From: Somniosus microcephalus
Lineage: Eukaryota
Direction of reading: 5' to 3'
NCBI GenBank assembly: GCA_052327205.1
Contig: JBMRGM010000035.1
Coordinates: forward strand, 138,570,001 to 138,634,000
DNA length: 64,000 nucleotides
The notes under the pieces are model-generated. The model had not been told where the DNA came from, did not search any database, and saw only the letters and a list, made by a program, of their open reading frames with translations. The position numbers and the translations under genes were made by a program. This document shows, in pieces, positions 50,850 to 64,000 of the stretch. Every line of letters begins with the position of its first letter. Positions within the stretch are counted from its first letter, which is position 1.

Positions 50850-52831
50850 TTATTCTCTCAGTACTTCAAAAGAAAATAATTTATTTTTGTATAGTCTCAG
50901 ACATTTCAAAATGCATCAAATGCACTTAATTTGAAGTGCAGTTACTGGTGTATAAGTAAACACAAGATGAACAATGTACTAGTTCATTTGTTTTTGATGG
51001 CCTTGATTGAGACAGGAATGTGTTCCCAAGATCAGAACCCTCTGCTCTTCTTTAAAACAATGCCACGATCTTTAATGTTCACCTGAACCACCACACTTTG
51101 CACAAAGCGGCACTCCCTCAGTACTGCACGAATGCGTCTTTGTGCTCAATTCCCAGAGTGAGGCTGGAACCAACAACATTCTGACCTAGGGGCCCGTATA
51201 CTGCGAGCCAAGTCAAGCCAACACACAAGGCAGGTCAAAGCTGCAGGGGCCGACACCTGGGACAGCACTTATTCTCAACTTTACCTTGTTTAAATTTTGA
51301 TCAGTCACAGATGAATAAGGTACATCAGGTGCTCCAAACACTCACAAGTAGCCCAATCATTCCTTTGTGTGGAGTGGATCTCCAGCTGCGCTGGCATTTT
51401 TGTGGCCCAGTCTCAAACTGAACAAAGAACAGCCACATGCAATATATTCTTAGGCAGAGACCTAGTGTAATCCTGGTGGTCTTTTCAAAAGGGGAAGAGA
51501 AGTTACTACAGCATGTTGCAACGGCACCCTCTCCTACTCAAAGCTGTGGAATTTCTTAACTCCCCCAGTCTTTCCTCCCTACAATCTACAGGTTCTTAAA
51601 TTCAAACTTGGCATCACTGAACCTCAAATTCTTGATTTACCAAGTCGTTTTTCTGTTCTTTCCAAGCTTGGCGGCATGGTCTTTGCCCTTTACCTCAGTA
51701 TTTCAATTAAAAAGATAACGTTTTAGAAGCGAATTTATCAGCGGAAAGGCTAACGTTAGAACTTTATCCACCAGAACTTAAAACCATGAGCCGCCCTTCC
51801 ATGGATTTCCTGGCATGCTCTCGTGACAACCCTGCCCACGGGATGTCTGTTTTTAACCATTACCTTATCACTTAACTCACCCTTCTTTGCTACTGCACAA
51901 CCATGATCATGTACAGCATTGTGGCTTTGGACCTTCACCTAGGTTTTTTTTTTAAGTAATAAAACCGACCAACACCCCGTCAAAGTCAGAAACCCTGAAC
52001 TGATCCAGTTAGGGAGCTCTGGTAAACAGTGTGGAGTTGAAGGGCAATTGTTACCTTGGACAAGTTTTCCATTTCATGTGAAAAAGTTGAAGCGTTTAAA
52101 CAGTGATGTTATTTACTAGGGGAATTCGATCACTAAAAGTAAACCAATCCTTAATGCTACAGCTGGAATTGCCAGGCACAATTCATTCAGACAAAAAAAG
52201 GCTTAGTTTTAAATAGGCGATACATGATGAAAAGCTGTGGGATAGGTAAGGCTGGATCGCTAACTCACAAGCGACAGTCTTTCAGAGATCAGCCCTCCTG
52301 TAGATCATAAATCCTACCCCAACGGTCTCTTGTAACGTATGTGTCTTACAATGGGTGTTAAAAGTTTTAGTAAAGAATTAGATTAAACTTTGCAAAGCAC
52401 TAAACGATCACTTATACTCCTTGGTGATTTTGTTCTAATTAGTAGTAGTTAAGCGGCATTATGTTTTTTCACCCCCCCAGCCAAATTTCATCCTTGCCCT
52501 CCATCCCCCCGGCAATGACTCATGATGGGGTATAGTTTCACCCATGCCAATTCCCCTCCAGTAGCCTTTCTTGATATGTGAAACTGGACAGCGAGCATTA
52601 GTGGGATATTCACCTGAAATCAATGCTCTTTCCAGGAGTCACTGGTTGGCCACCAGCAGCAGGAACTCCGGTTCTGCCACCCGTGCTAACCTAGTGGTGC
52701 CGAGACCAACTGTAGCACCTAGACTGGTGGTCCAACCTGGATCAGCTAACTCAGCACAGCCTGTGATGGAACCAGAGATCACCCTTTCTGTACGACTCAG
52801 TACCACACTCAGCAGCTCATCAATTAAACTT

Positions 52832-53179
52832 GGGACGCGACTGCTGCCAACGAAATAAAGTTGCGCAAGTGCAGTGCCAGGGTTTTTTTTGGGGTTGTTC
52901 GCGCCGGACTTCCCACAGATTGGCGAGAGAAAGGAGGGAGTTTTGGGGGGGGGGGGGGGGGGGAAAGAGAGATTGCTGCTGCCGAACTGAGCCGTGTCAG
53001 AAGAAACTAAAAATTAAAAGATGAATTTGTGTTTCTATCGGCTTACTAATGAAAGTTAAGTTATGCGCAGCCGAACTGAGCTGAAAATAAAATTTAAAAA
53101 GCTGAATTGGTGTTTCTATCGGCTTATGAAAGTTAACGCTTATGCGCAGAAGCTGCCGGTTCGTTGGCAGCAGTCACTA
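52832..53179. mobile_element. Non-autonomous DNA transposon, second family
   Basis: 16-bp inverted repeat GACTGCTGCCAACGAA (52839-52854 / 53160-53175), flanking TTAAACTT duplication, internal tandem duplication of about 90 bp. Confidence 0.72.
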
Positions 53180-53398
53180 TTAAACTTGTCACCTGGGTTT
53201 AGGATATTTGGAGTATGAATGTGCAATTGATCAACGGAAATAAGTGCCATCAGTACAAATGCGATTAAATATCACATTAGTTTTCACATGCAATGGAGGC
53301 AACAGCAGACTGAAAAAATTAACAACCGACATCTGCATGTTTTCCTACTGTACCCTTCACCCTCCAGTTCTCCTCCGTTCAAGATCTTGGTTACTTAC

Positions 53399-53637
53399 AA
53401 AAGCCGGCATCATCCCCCTGTATGGTGGAGGGTATGGTTGGGGAACTGCCTGCTGCGGCACACCGACCCCTGGTCTAGGTGGTTGTTCGGCCATCCTCGC
53501 AGTCACCTTCTGGTCGGCTGAGGATGCTATAGAGCTTGCTGCTTCTTCTGGGCTTAGCTCTTTGGTTTCCCCCTCGATCAAAGAGCCACCCGGAGCACCC
53601 AAGTTCCGCCCACCACCCTCCCTCCAGCTGGTCACAT
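53399..53637 (-). CDS. PRRC2A: PRRC2A exon
   Basis: VTSWREGGGR...YPPPYRGMMPAF; cag/gtaagt. Confidence 0.93.
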
Positions 53638-55971
53638 CTGTGTGGGGGGGGGGGGGGGGAAGGAGGAAAAAGCAGAATTATTAACAAATAGCACATCTTA
53701 CAGAATTCAGACAAGACAGAGTGCTTCAAGAGCAAGATTCAAAGTGAACGCCTCAAACTGCATAGATTACACAGTCTCCTGTTAAATTGAGCAAGCATTT
53801 TGGGGGCAAAAAGTCCTTCCCTACTCCCCTGAAGGCACAGATTCTCACTGAATTCTGATTTTATGGGTGCCAGCAGCCCTCCAGTAGCTCATCAAAGTAA
53901 TCATTCTTCATTGGAGCCCATCAGCTCGAGGGAGCAAGCTATCGGACTGTGGAAAACATCACAGCCAAGTCCCACATGATCACGAGTAGTAACCCTGGAT
54001 GGCTTTCCCCCCATCCCAGCGGCAAGTAGGCCAAAAGGCTAGGTAAGCAACCTGATCTTTAGTCACATGGTAGGCAGCCAAAGCATGACTGGTGTCTCCC
54101 ATTTTCCTCTGGTTTGTTCTGTGAAGCACCTTTCCCTGGGTGGCTTGCCCAAGAACAGCAACTCAGTGCAGAGGAGAACCCCATTGATGATTCTTTTTAT
54201 CTGATTTTTTATTTCAGATTTCCAGCATCTGCAGTATTTTCTTTTTGCCCCATTGATTCTACCACTCCATGAAACTCCCGTTGCCTCTTTGCTTTAGAAA
54301 CCTCCAGGCAGTTTGTAGCAACATCTTTCTTCTTAATAAGACGTAAGGGAAACCAACATCAAGAAGGGAAAGTTGTCTGAAATTTGAACTTATTTATACT
54401 ATCTAACATTTCCCCCCCGCACCATATAATTAGTATACGTACATCTGCTACCCATCTTGACTGACAAACAGTAATTTCAGGCCCCTCTAATAACACCTTA
54501 CTCTAAAGATCAGAGTTCTTGCTTTTTAAAGTAGCCATGATTCACTTCTGAAAGAAATCCATGTTAGTCAAATCCACGAGCCACCACCCCCGCAGCCAGA
54601 GGCTACGTGGCCACCTGACCAGCATTTTAGAAGTGCAAGCTGGTTATGACATGACAATCTTATTTTTTCCTCTTGGTGCGGTCAAATGCTAGTAGAGTTC
54701 AAAATAAAAATGATGTTTGAAGTATACAGATCAGTCAGCTTCGATGAAGAGAAAGAGACATTAATGTTTAGTGTCGATCTAACCTCAGTTCAGATGGAAT
54801 GTCTACACCAAAACTTTAGCCCGTCTTCCAGATGCTGACTGACGTGCTGTATATTTCCAGCTTATTCAGGTTTCCAGCAGTTAAAGCCTTTTATTTTCTC
54901 TCTACTGCTGCCAGAGATGCGATTGAACAATTAAAAAGACACGCTATTTCTGAGAGCACACCAGTACATGGCCAAGGGGTGAAAATCCTGGCATTATCCA
55001 CCCAACATCTGGGAACATCAAAGCCACAAGTACTGGAGCAGTTCAAGGTGGCGGTCCACCAATACCTTCTCAGGGCAACTAGGGACAGGCAATAAATGCA
55101 GGCTTGCTGGCATTACCCACATCCCAAGAACAAATTTATCTTGTAGGGAACAAGAGTGTGGCAAAAACCTTAGTAGCCACCAGTATTTGTTAAATGTGCT
55201 GCTGTAGGAGGAAGAGACGAAACAGCTGACATTTTATTTTAAAAGCTCCTTTCCACCCCAGTCTGTGCATAGTTAGATGATCTCAAGAAGTCAGTAGGGA
55301 TGTTGTAATTGTTCGAGCGTCCCCTGAAGGAGTGTAGTTTGGGGGGGGGGGCGGAAAACAGAGAAAGGAAAAAAAAACCACACATTCTTGCTCCTGTTCA
55401 CTAATATAGGAACAGATATAGGGCCATTCAACTCCTCAAGCCTGCTACTCCATTCAATTAGATCATGGCTGATCTGTATCTTAACTCCATTTACCCGCCG
55501 TGGCTCCGTAACCATTAATATCCTTAATTTCAAAACCGAGATTGATTTTCTAAGTTATCAATTGACCCCCAGCCTCAACGGCTTTGAGGGAGTGTTCCAG
55601 ATTTCCACTACCCTTTGGGTGAAGAAGTTCTTCCCGACATAACCAGTGATCCCTTCTGCAAAGTGCAGGTCTGTGTGAACTCTACATGAAGATGGGGCTG
55701 AATTTGGCTGCACCGCTCCCGCAGTTGAATAGCCTGCCAACGCTCCTCTTCAAAGGTCACACATGAATAATGGCTAGCTGGCAAGGAACTGGAGGACTCC
55801 CAGTGGTTTTTGGTTGCTTTCCCAAACCACATCATCTCATGTACTATAAGCAATGGATCCACGTCCTTTAAGACCACACCCTCTGATTCCACTTGACCAA
55901 CACTGCAGATGTTCAACTAGTTACTAAAAAATGTTTTGGAGCTCCCCGTGGTTGCAACATAAAATCTCTCA

Positions 55972-56241
<270 letters not shown>

Positions 56242-58089
56242 TCATTTACATAGCCCCTTTCAAGTCAAAATTTCTCAAAGCACTTCACGCAACGATTCTC
56301 TTTATAGAATCGAAGAACGATACCGCACAGGAGGCCGCCATTCGGTCATTCAGTCCTGTGCTGGCTCTTTGGTAGAGATATCTAATTAGTCCCTTAGACC
56401 TGAATCTTTTTCTCCAAGTATTTATCCAATTCCCTTTTGAAAATTACTATTGAAGCTGCTTCCACCACCCTCTCAGGCAGTGTATTAATTGTAAAAAAGT
56501 GTAATGACTGTTACGTCAGCAATTTTCCACAAACTGCAATGAGACAAGTAATCACTTGATGTTTGGTTTTATACTTGGTTGAGGGAGGAATATTGCCCAG
56601 GACACCAGAAGAGCTCCTTGCTCTTCAAACTGTGCCAGGGAATCTTCAACCACCCACAATAGGAAGGTCACACCTTGGCTTGTGCATCATCCAAAGGACA
56701 GCAACTCCCAACAATACAGCAGTCCTTCTATACACGGACGTGCCAGCCAGGTTATGCTTGCAAGTCCTGATGTAGGGCCTCAACCCACAACCTGCTGAGC
56801 CAAAGGAGAGCGAGCAGCGTTGACACATGTAAAATGAAGTCAGTCTGAGCCAGTGCAAATACCAGTTCCAAATTCCAACTTCCAACCAACTGACAGTTAA
56901 GATGAACGCAAAATTTTTTTAAAAATTGGAGCAGTGGAAGACAAGGCCTCAAACCAGTATGCAAGTTTCTTCAGACTGAACTATATACTGTAGTTAGATG
57001 ATTTTTTTTGTATTTTATTATGAACATGCAGTCTCAACACAGGGTTAGGCCTTAATATTAGATTAGATCTTGGATGATTTTTTTAATAAACATGCAGGCT
57101 CAATGCGAGGTCAGGCCTTAATATTATTCTTTCTGAACAAATCTGATGGAACTATATTTATTTGAATGTGAAAGTAGTTTTTTTATTTTTTATTTTAAAT
57201 AGTACTCACCTGTACACCAGGCAACATAGCCACTATAGTAAAACCAGCCAATCAGGTCACAACATTATGACATCACAATAGCATCTGATCAGATAATTTC
57301 AGGGTTACTATTTCTAGTTTAAAAGAAATATCGAGATGCACAAATTGGGTTAAACAATCTTCCACTTCTTGGATTGGGTGCCGCAGTGGCTTAGACCGTT
57401 GACCTCTGGGACCTAGGTTCACATCCATCAGATACAAAATCAGTACTCAGTTCCTACCTCACTCATAAGCGGCGGAGGAAAATGGAAACGTGGTATAATA
57501 GAAGATGCTCTCATGAGGCTGAGGGACACATGGCTCGGGCAGAATACAAGAGCTTTGTCCTGCATTTTTACCGTTCTGTACCTGGCCTGGGAGTGTCAAA
57601 TTGGCAAGTGTTACATTCCCAGCACGTTGGGCATAGAATTCTCAAAACAAAAAGGGACCTGGTTTAAATCCAACCCTCACAATGAGATTGTAAGTCCTTC
57701 ACAATCTCTCTCTCAATTGTACTGATATCAGCTTCAGCAAGTCTTGCCCTATTCACTATGGGTAAAGGCCTGGGCATGAGAGCGGAAATGGAAGCAATTG
57801 CCCTAGAATAAAATCACTCAGTATAGTATATGGAGACACTTCAACAATGCACAATGCTACACAGCGCTGCCGTCAACTTTTGCTGCCATCTCCTAGCTGA
57901 GGAATTCAGTCAAAATCAGATGCCATCTACGAAGTGGAATCTTCAATTCTCAATTACCAGCACCTCCATTGGAAAACCAAAATATAAGACGCTGCCAAGA
58001 TGTACAGCAGACTTGTAGGTCCGCCACCATCACAGTTGCTAATCGTTCAGCTTACAAGCAGTGTTTTTGGCAGGTTGATTTGAACTTAC

Positions 58090-58162
58090 CATCTCCTTGT
58101 GCACCATGTGTAACGCTCGCCTGTGCCCAGGATTTTGTTCCGCTTTGTGCTGAAGGGGTGGC
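58090..58162 (-). CDS. PRRC2A: PRRC2A exon
   Basis: ATPSAQSGTKSWAQASVTHGAQGD; cag/gtaagt; 73 nt. Confidence 0.92.
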
Positions 58163-58399
58163 CTGCGTTTAACAGAGAAGCAAATATGTTGGCTATTTAC
58201 TTAACTTCTAGCACCTTTTTTTTTGGTTGCCTTTTTACAATGCAGCTTACTGAAACTTCACAAGCACTTTCAACATGTCCTTGAGTTGACAAGACTGGTT
58301 ATTTGCTCAGACTGTAGCAACAGCTGAGCAGATAGGCAGAAATGCAATCAGAAAGAGTAACAATTGGCCTGGGGGCAGGTGGGTGAATGGTGGTCAGCC

Positions 58400-58893
58400 C
58401 ATCATGCCTGCTCTTTGAAATAACTAGCCAATTAGTCTCCCTCCCCCATAGTGCTGCAAATTTTTCCTTTTCCAGTATATATCCAATTCCCTTTTGAAAG
58501 TTACTATTGAATCTGTTTCCAGTGCATTCCAGCTCAAAACAATTCACTGCGTAAACAAAATTCTCTTCATCTCCCCCAGTGCTTTTGCCAATTATATTAA
58601 ATCGGTGTCCTCTGGTTACTGACCCTCCCGCCAGTGGAAACAGTTTCTCTTTATTTACTCTATCAAAACCGCTCACAATTTTGAACACCTATCTGATTTC
58701 CCCTTAACCTTCTCTGCTCCAAGGAGAAGAATCCCAGCTTCTCTAGTCTCCCCACATAACTGAAGTCCCTCATCCCTGGTATCATTCTTGTAAATCTCCT
58801 TTGCATCCTCTCCAAAGAAACATAGAAGATAGGAGCAGGAGTAGGCCATTCGGCCCCTTGAGCCTGCTCCGCCATTCAATGAGATCATGGCTG
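58400..58893 (-). mobile_element. CR1 3' fragment plus adjacent short CR1 tail
   Basis: ERMQRRFTRMIPG..FSLEQRRLRG; second tail at about 58817-58893. Confidence 0.85.
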
Positions 58894-59429
58894 AGTGCCA
58901 AAGAGGGAAGAATGTTGTTTTAAAGAGAGGTAGGGGCAAGTGCAGTAATTGTTACCTAGGCAAATGCAGCAGCCAATCTGCATCATCAATGTCTCCGAGA
59001 CAGGAGGTGAAGGACCAGTTCATTTTTTTTTGTGGTAAGGGTTGAAACATTGGCCAGAAAAATTCAAGTGGGTTTCTTTTCAAGGGGACCTCTGATATCC
59101 ATCCAAACCACCAGAACAGGTAGACAAAACCACAATTCAACATCTCACCCAAAGGATGACACTCCCCAAAGTTGCAGCATTTCCTCATCACGCACTGGAG
59201 TGTCAGCCTAGGCTGGGCTCAAATCCTGGCATGGGGTTTGAACCTGCAACCATCTTATCCACAATCTGAGCCAAGCGCAAAGTAACTTTTTTTGTTGTTG
59301 AAAAAAGACTATCTACATTTTATTACACAGAAATACTAAACAAAATATGCTGTTGGGATGTCTCAATGCCAACCACGGACCAACGCTCGATGTCCACACA
59401 AGCAAACGCGAGCCACAAGCACCACCTAC

Positions 59430-59550
59430 CTCCTGTGAAGCTGCTACCACTGCTGTTGCTGCTGCTGGACGTTTCGGCTGACTGGAGCCAGACGTCTGTG
59501 AAGCCGGCGGCAGCTGCGATTCCGGCTGCTGAGGTGTCGATGCATCGGTA
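59430..59550 (-). CDS. PRRC2A: PRRC2A exon
   Basis: STDASTPQQPESQLPPASQT...QE; cag acceptor, gtaggt donor; phase 2 to 0. Confidence 0.92.
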
Positions 59551-60994
59551 CTGAAAAAAAGAGACAAAGCTGATATGCTGAATACAGGTTTTTAACCCAC
59601 CACAAACTTTACCACTCAAAATTATACTGGAGGGGGAAAAAACTATTGGGAGGAATGACTACTTTTTTTTTAATTGGAGGAGGAAGGAGAATGACGAAGG
59701 CCCACAGTTATCAAGATTGAAAAGATGAGACAAGTCCTTTAGTAATAAGGCAATGCCAAGTATGGGGGTTAAAAGCCATGTAGCAGGAAAGGACGACAGA
59801 GGGAGGTGGAGTGTTTCCACAGTTTTGAGGTCCTGGTGAAGAATAAGTTCAGTTTGAGGAGACTCAATTTCAACACAGGTGAGGGCGCAGGGAGGAGGAA
59901 GCGTGTGGGACGCCATCTTTAGAGCAAAAGGTAAATTCAGAGGGGCAGTGACCATAGCATTACTGTTAAAACAGAAATAGATAATACAAGCATGGCTGAT
60001 GGTGGAAACATTTTACATGTAAAAAAAGCATATGGTTTTTAGTTCTTCCCTTTGGACTATTGATCATCTCTTTTCCACCTCACACCCTCCCAACAAAATG
60101 ATTGAATTCAGTCATGCCATCACACCAGAAAACCTCCACGAATGGATGGAGAACAAAGCAGAAAACCCAAGCCGCAGCACTGGTAGTTTGAGAAGATTAA
60201 ACTATTGCGTGCACAGCTGCAGTTTTGCTTCCACATCTGCTCGTTACAGCACTTCCCCACTTTATTGAGCAAGGTCAGTCCTACAGGCTTCGTAGTTGAA
60301 AATAAAGAGCGCTGAACAAATCAGGCCATGAACGAACCACATATGAATTAAGTGGCACACAACACAAACAGTCCAGAGTGGAAAGCTAATAAAAAATATT
60401 TAGCACAGGGTATAAGCAAGGTGATTTTTGCCCACCATTTTCACCAAATGGGTGCCTGGATACAAACAGAATGCTTAAAAATGCTTTCTAAGCTTCAGGC
60501 CACTTAGCCCAATTGGAATTATGTAAAATAGAACAGAAGTGGGATAACAGGACTTCCGACCTGCTCAGCCTGCATCTGAAAAAGGATTAAGTACAGACAT
60601 CTATTATGTCAATCTAAAGCATGTACTATTCAGGTGCGATCAGGTGGAATTCAGTTTCTGCTGCAACAGAAACACACTGGACTGCATTTTTAAAAAGTTA
60701 CAAGTATCTGATTTTTTTTTTTAAACTTCCTGCTATCGCTCCATTTGCTAGCATGCCAGACATGGCAATGGCATAATTGAAGAGGCAAACGTTTTGGCGC
60801 AATCCAACATCCCACAACAAATCTCCCATACTGGGAGGATTTGCATTAAAAGTCCCGGAGGCAGCAAAAAGGTAGGTTAATGGTACACCAAACTTGCTGT
60901 GCAACACGAGACTTTGAACATCAGCAGTGATTTTTTTTAATGCATTTTTTTCTTTAAAAAGCAATATACACTTGTCACCTAGCAAATCCGAGAT

Positions 60995-61530
60995 ACATAG
61001 AAACATAGAAGATAGGAGCAGGAGACGACCATTCGGCCCCTCGAGCCTGCTCCACCATTCAATGAGATCATGGCTGATCATCCAAATTCAGTACCCTGTC
61101 CCTGCCTTCTCCCCATATCCCTTTAGCTTTAAGAAATATATCCTACTCCTTCTTGAATATATTTAATGAATTGGCTTCGACTGCCCTGTGTGGCAGAGAA
61201 TTCCACAGGTTCACCACTCTGGGTGAAGAAATTCCTCCTCATCTCAGTCCTAAATGGCTTACCCCTTATCCTTAGACTGTGACCCCTGGTTCTGGACTCC
61301 CCCCACCATCGGGAACATCCTTCTTGCATCTAGTCTGTCTAGTCGTTTCAATGAGATCTCCTCTCATTCTTCTAAACTCCAGCGAGGATAAGCCCAATCG
61401 ACCCAATCTCTCCTCATACGTCATTCCTGCCATCCCAGGTATCAGCCTGGTGAATCTTCGCTGCACTCCCTCCATGGCAAGAACATCCTTCCTCAGATAA
61501 GGCGACCAAAACTGCACACAATACTCAAGA
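60995..61530 (-). mobile_element. CR1 3' fragment
   Basis: LEYCVQFWSPYLRKD..., tail TTCTATGTTTCTATGT. Confidence 0.9.
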
Positions 61531-62619
61531 TCATAAATGACTAACAAAGAAACAACATTTAAAAGAACCGCAAAGAGGAAATGGCCACATCACCTCAAAT
61601 CCCTAATAGAATTCCAGAGCAGTGGAAATGGATCGGAATAGATACTTGCCAGTTCATGTTGACACACAGAAATTTGACACCTATTTTTCTATAGGCACAA
61701 AAGGCATTAAGGGGTAAGGGGAGAGAGCGGGACTATGGTATTGAGATAGAGATTCAGCCACGATCATATTGAATGGCGGAGCAGGCTCGAAGGGCCGAAT
61801 CCTGCTCCTATTTTTCTATGCTTCTATTTGCCCCGAGAAAGTAGCTGCAGCTGCCCAGGTGGTCTTTTAGCATTTCCACCATATTGTGAGCCTACTCTCC
61901 CAAATACAATTGATCATTCGGGGCGTTTAAGCACAGATGGATTTTTAGTTCAATTAAGTGATAAAGTAGAGACTTGCAAACTAAGTACACTTATTTTTGT
62001 GTAGCATTCCACATTTGGTGGCAGCTCATAGATCAGCAGAATTTGGGTCTTGATTTAACATTTGATATTCAGAATTTGCACCTTTATATTGTTAAGTGTA
62101 ACATGCATCAGGAGCATGTCGTGCATGTACCACTGATGGCTTATTGCCAACATAAAACTCAGAATTTAAGAATTATAACTTGGAGAATTAGACCCGAGTG
62201 ACTCTAAAAGGTACCAAGCGATACTAAGGGGCAGCAATTTCAGTGCGCAAATTTTTAAATGAATGCGTTAATGAGTGAAATTGCCCTGCTTGCTATCTCA
62301 AATGAAGCTGTTCAAAATAGATGGATTGCTGACTGTGTTAAAATGTTTAAAGCAAATGGTTACAATAGCACGGAGGAATTTGTAAGTACCAAGTGAATTC
62401 TTATTTAAAAGATAATTATGAACGAGCAATGCTATTCGGCCTAGTTTAGCTCATCCGTCCAGAATGACGCAAAATTTTCCATTGCAGCATTCATTGGTTT
62501 TTAAGTGATTCCAGGGTTTTTCCACTTCCATTGCTTTATTCAGGAGCCCATTCATGTGTTAAATCACTGTCAAGAAACATTTCCTGATATCAGACCTAAA
62601 TTTGCAGCTACCCGCCAAG

Positions 62620-62773
62620 TAACGTTCCCTCGAAGCTGCACCTCTGTGCGGCAGCGCAGCTTGGGATCAGCTTTTAATGTGTGAAGTTTTGTGCGTATGT
62701 GCGAAACTTTGAATAGGCTGCGCCACCCATTAAAGGGGCCTCACACCCAAAAACAAAATTAGGGGGAACATTT
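62620..62773. mobile_element. hAT-type MITE
   Basis: Degenerate TIRs; perfect TSD CCGCCAAG. Confidence 0.8.
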
Positions 62774-62781
62774 CCGCCAAG

Positions 62782-63100
62782 GTTTCTTTGATAGCATCTC
62801 CAGTACCCGCGACAACTACCACCTAGAAGGACAAGGGCAGCATGTGCATGGGAACACCACCACCTCCAAGTTCCCCTCCAAGTCACACACCATCCTGACC
62901 TGGAAATATATTGCCGTTCCTTCATTGCTGGGTCAAAAATCTTGGAACTCCCTACTTAACAGCACTGTGGGAGTACAGTCACCACATGGACTACAGTGGT
63001 GCAAGAAGGCGGTTCACCACCACCTTCTCAAGGGCAATTGGGGATGGGCAATAAATGCTGGCCTTGCCAGCGATGCCCACATCCTGTAAATAAATTTTAA
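62782..63100 (+). mobile_element. LINE 3' fragment, likely partner of the 362-740 SINE
   Basis: GQKSWNSLLNSTVG..HGLQWCKKAVHHHLL; inverted copy at 38790-39085. Confidence 0.7.
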
Positions 63101-63844
63101 AAATTGCCATTTACAAGTTTAAACCTAACTGAAGTTAAATTCATCATCATGTCTCATTCCGGGTCCCAATAACTGCTTATTTTAAACAGGAAATCAGGAC
63201 TAACTGGAAACACAAACAGGTACAGACAGAAATGAAGACTCATGAAAATGAATGGGCTGAGGAGAAATGCAAAGATGAATCAGGTAAATGTTGGAAATAT
63301 CTGGGCTTCACACACGCAACCGAAGTTTTCAGGATTACAAAGGGTAACAATGCAAGCAAATTGTTCGCTATGCTGAAGAGGTTATATATCAGGCAACACA
63401 AATTAAAAATTAACATGCCGGGAGCATGTGTGACAACAAAAGTATTCCGCAAAACTATTGCTCAGAGTGTAAAAGTAAACCAGAGAGATCAGTGAAGCAG
63501 ACAGTACACATTAGAGGCAATTAGATACCTTTATGCAGAGAGAAGGAAATGAAAGATATGGTGATAAGATTTGAGAGTGGGGTTGATCAATGAGATAGCG
63601 CCTATATGGGCCTATTGTTTTTTTCCTAACACAGCGTCTCCTGTTCCATCATCTGCTCCCATCCTTGTCCACTGTCTGCACAAGGCTGATAAGCTGATGG
63701 TAAGATTCCAATATAATTTGAAGACTAAATAGTACTGGAGACCATGGTTACAGAATGTCAATAAAAGTGCATTATTAGCGTCACAAAAACAAGAACTCAG
63801 CGCAGCCTCCGATCCAGAGGTAATGTACGTAGTCAAAACGCTTA

Positions 63845-64000
<156 letters not shown>

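Noticed and set aside
56995-57130. Diverged tandem duplication of about 67 bp (AACATGCAG..AGGCCTTAATATTA)
   Set aside because: Only two copies; probably a fragment of an old repeat with no supportable function.

Overview
Vertebrate genomic DNA, most likely a cartilaginous fish (shark), judged from its CR1 LINE tails, SacSINE1/Deu-like SINEs and Penelope-like fragments. The whole 64 kb lies inside one minus-strand gene, PRRC2A (BAT2; in the MHC class III region in other jawed vertebrates). I reconstructed 29 coding exons by hand from GT-AG junctions with consistent reading phase, about 2,280 codons; the start and stop codons lie outside the window. The introns are dense with CR1 and L2 fragments, at least three tRNA-derived SINE families, a hAT-type MITE family with 8-bp TSDs, a solo LTR and decayed hammerhead-bearing Penelope ends, often nested. 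The most notable observation is a 5'-truncated CR1 inserted exactly at a PRRC2A splice donor. It now supplies that donor and is in frame with the exon. Family assignments come from recalled sequences, not from searches, and repeat boundaries are approximate unless a TSD is given.
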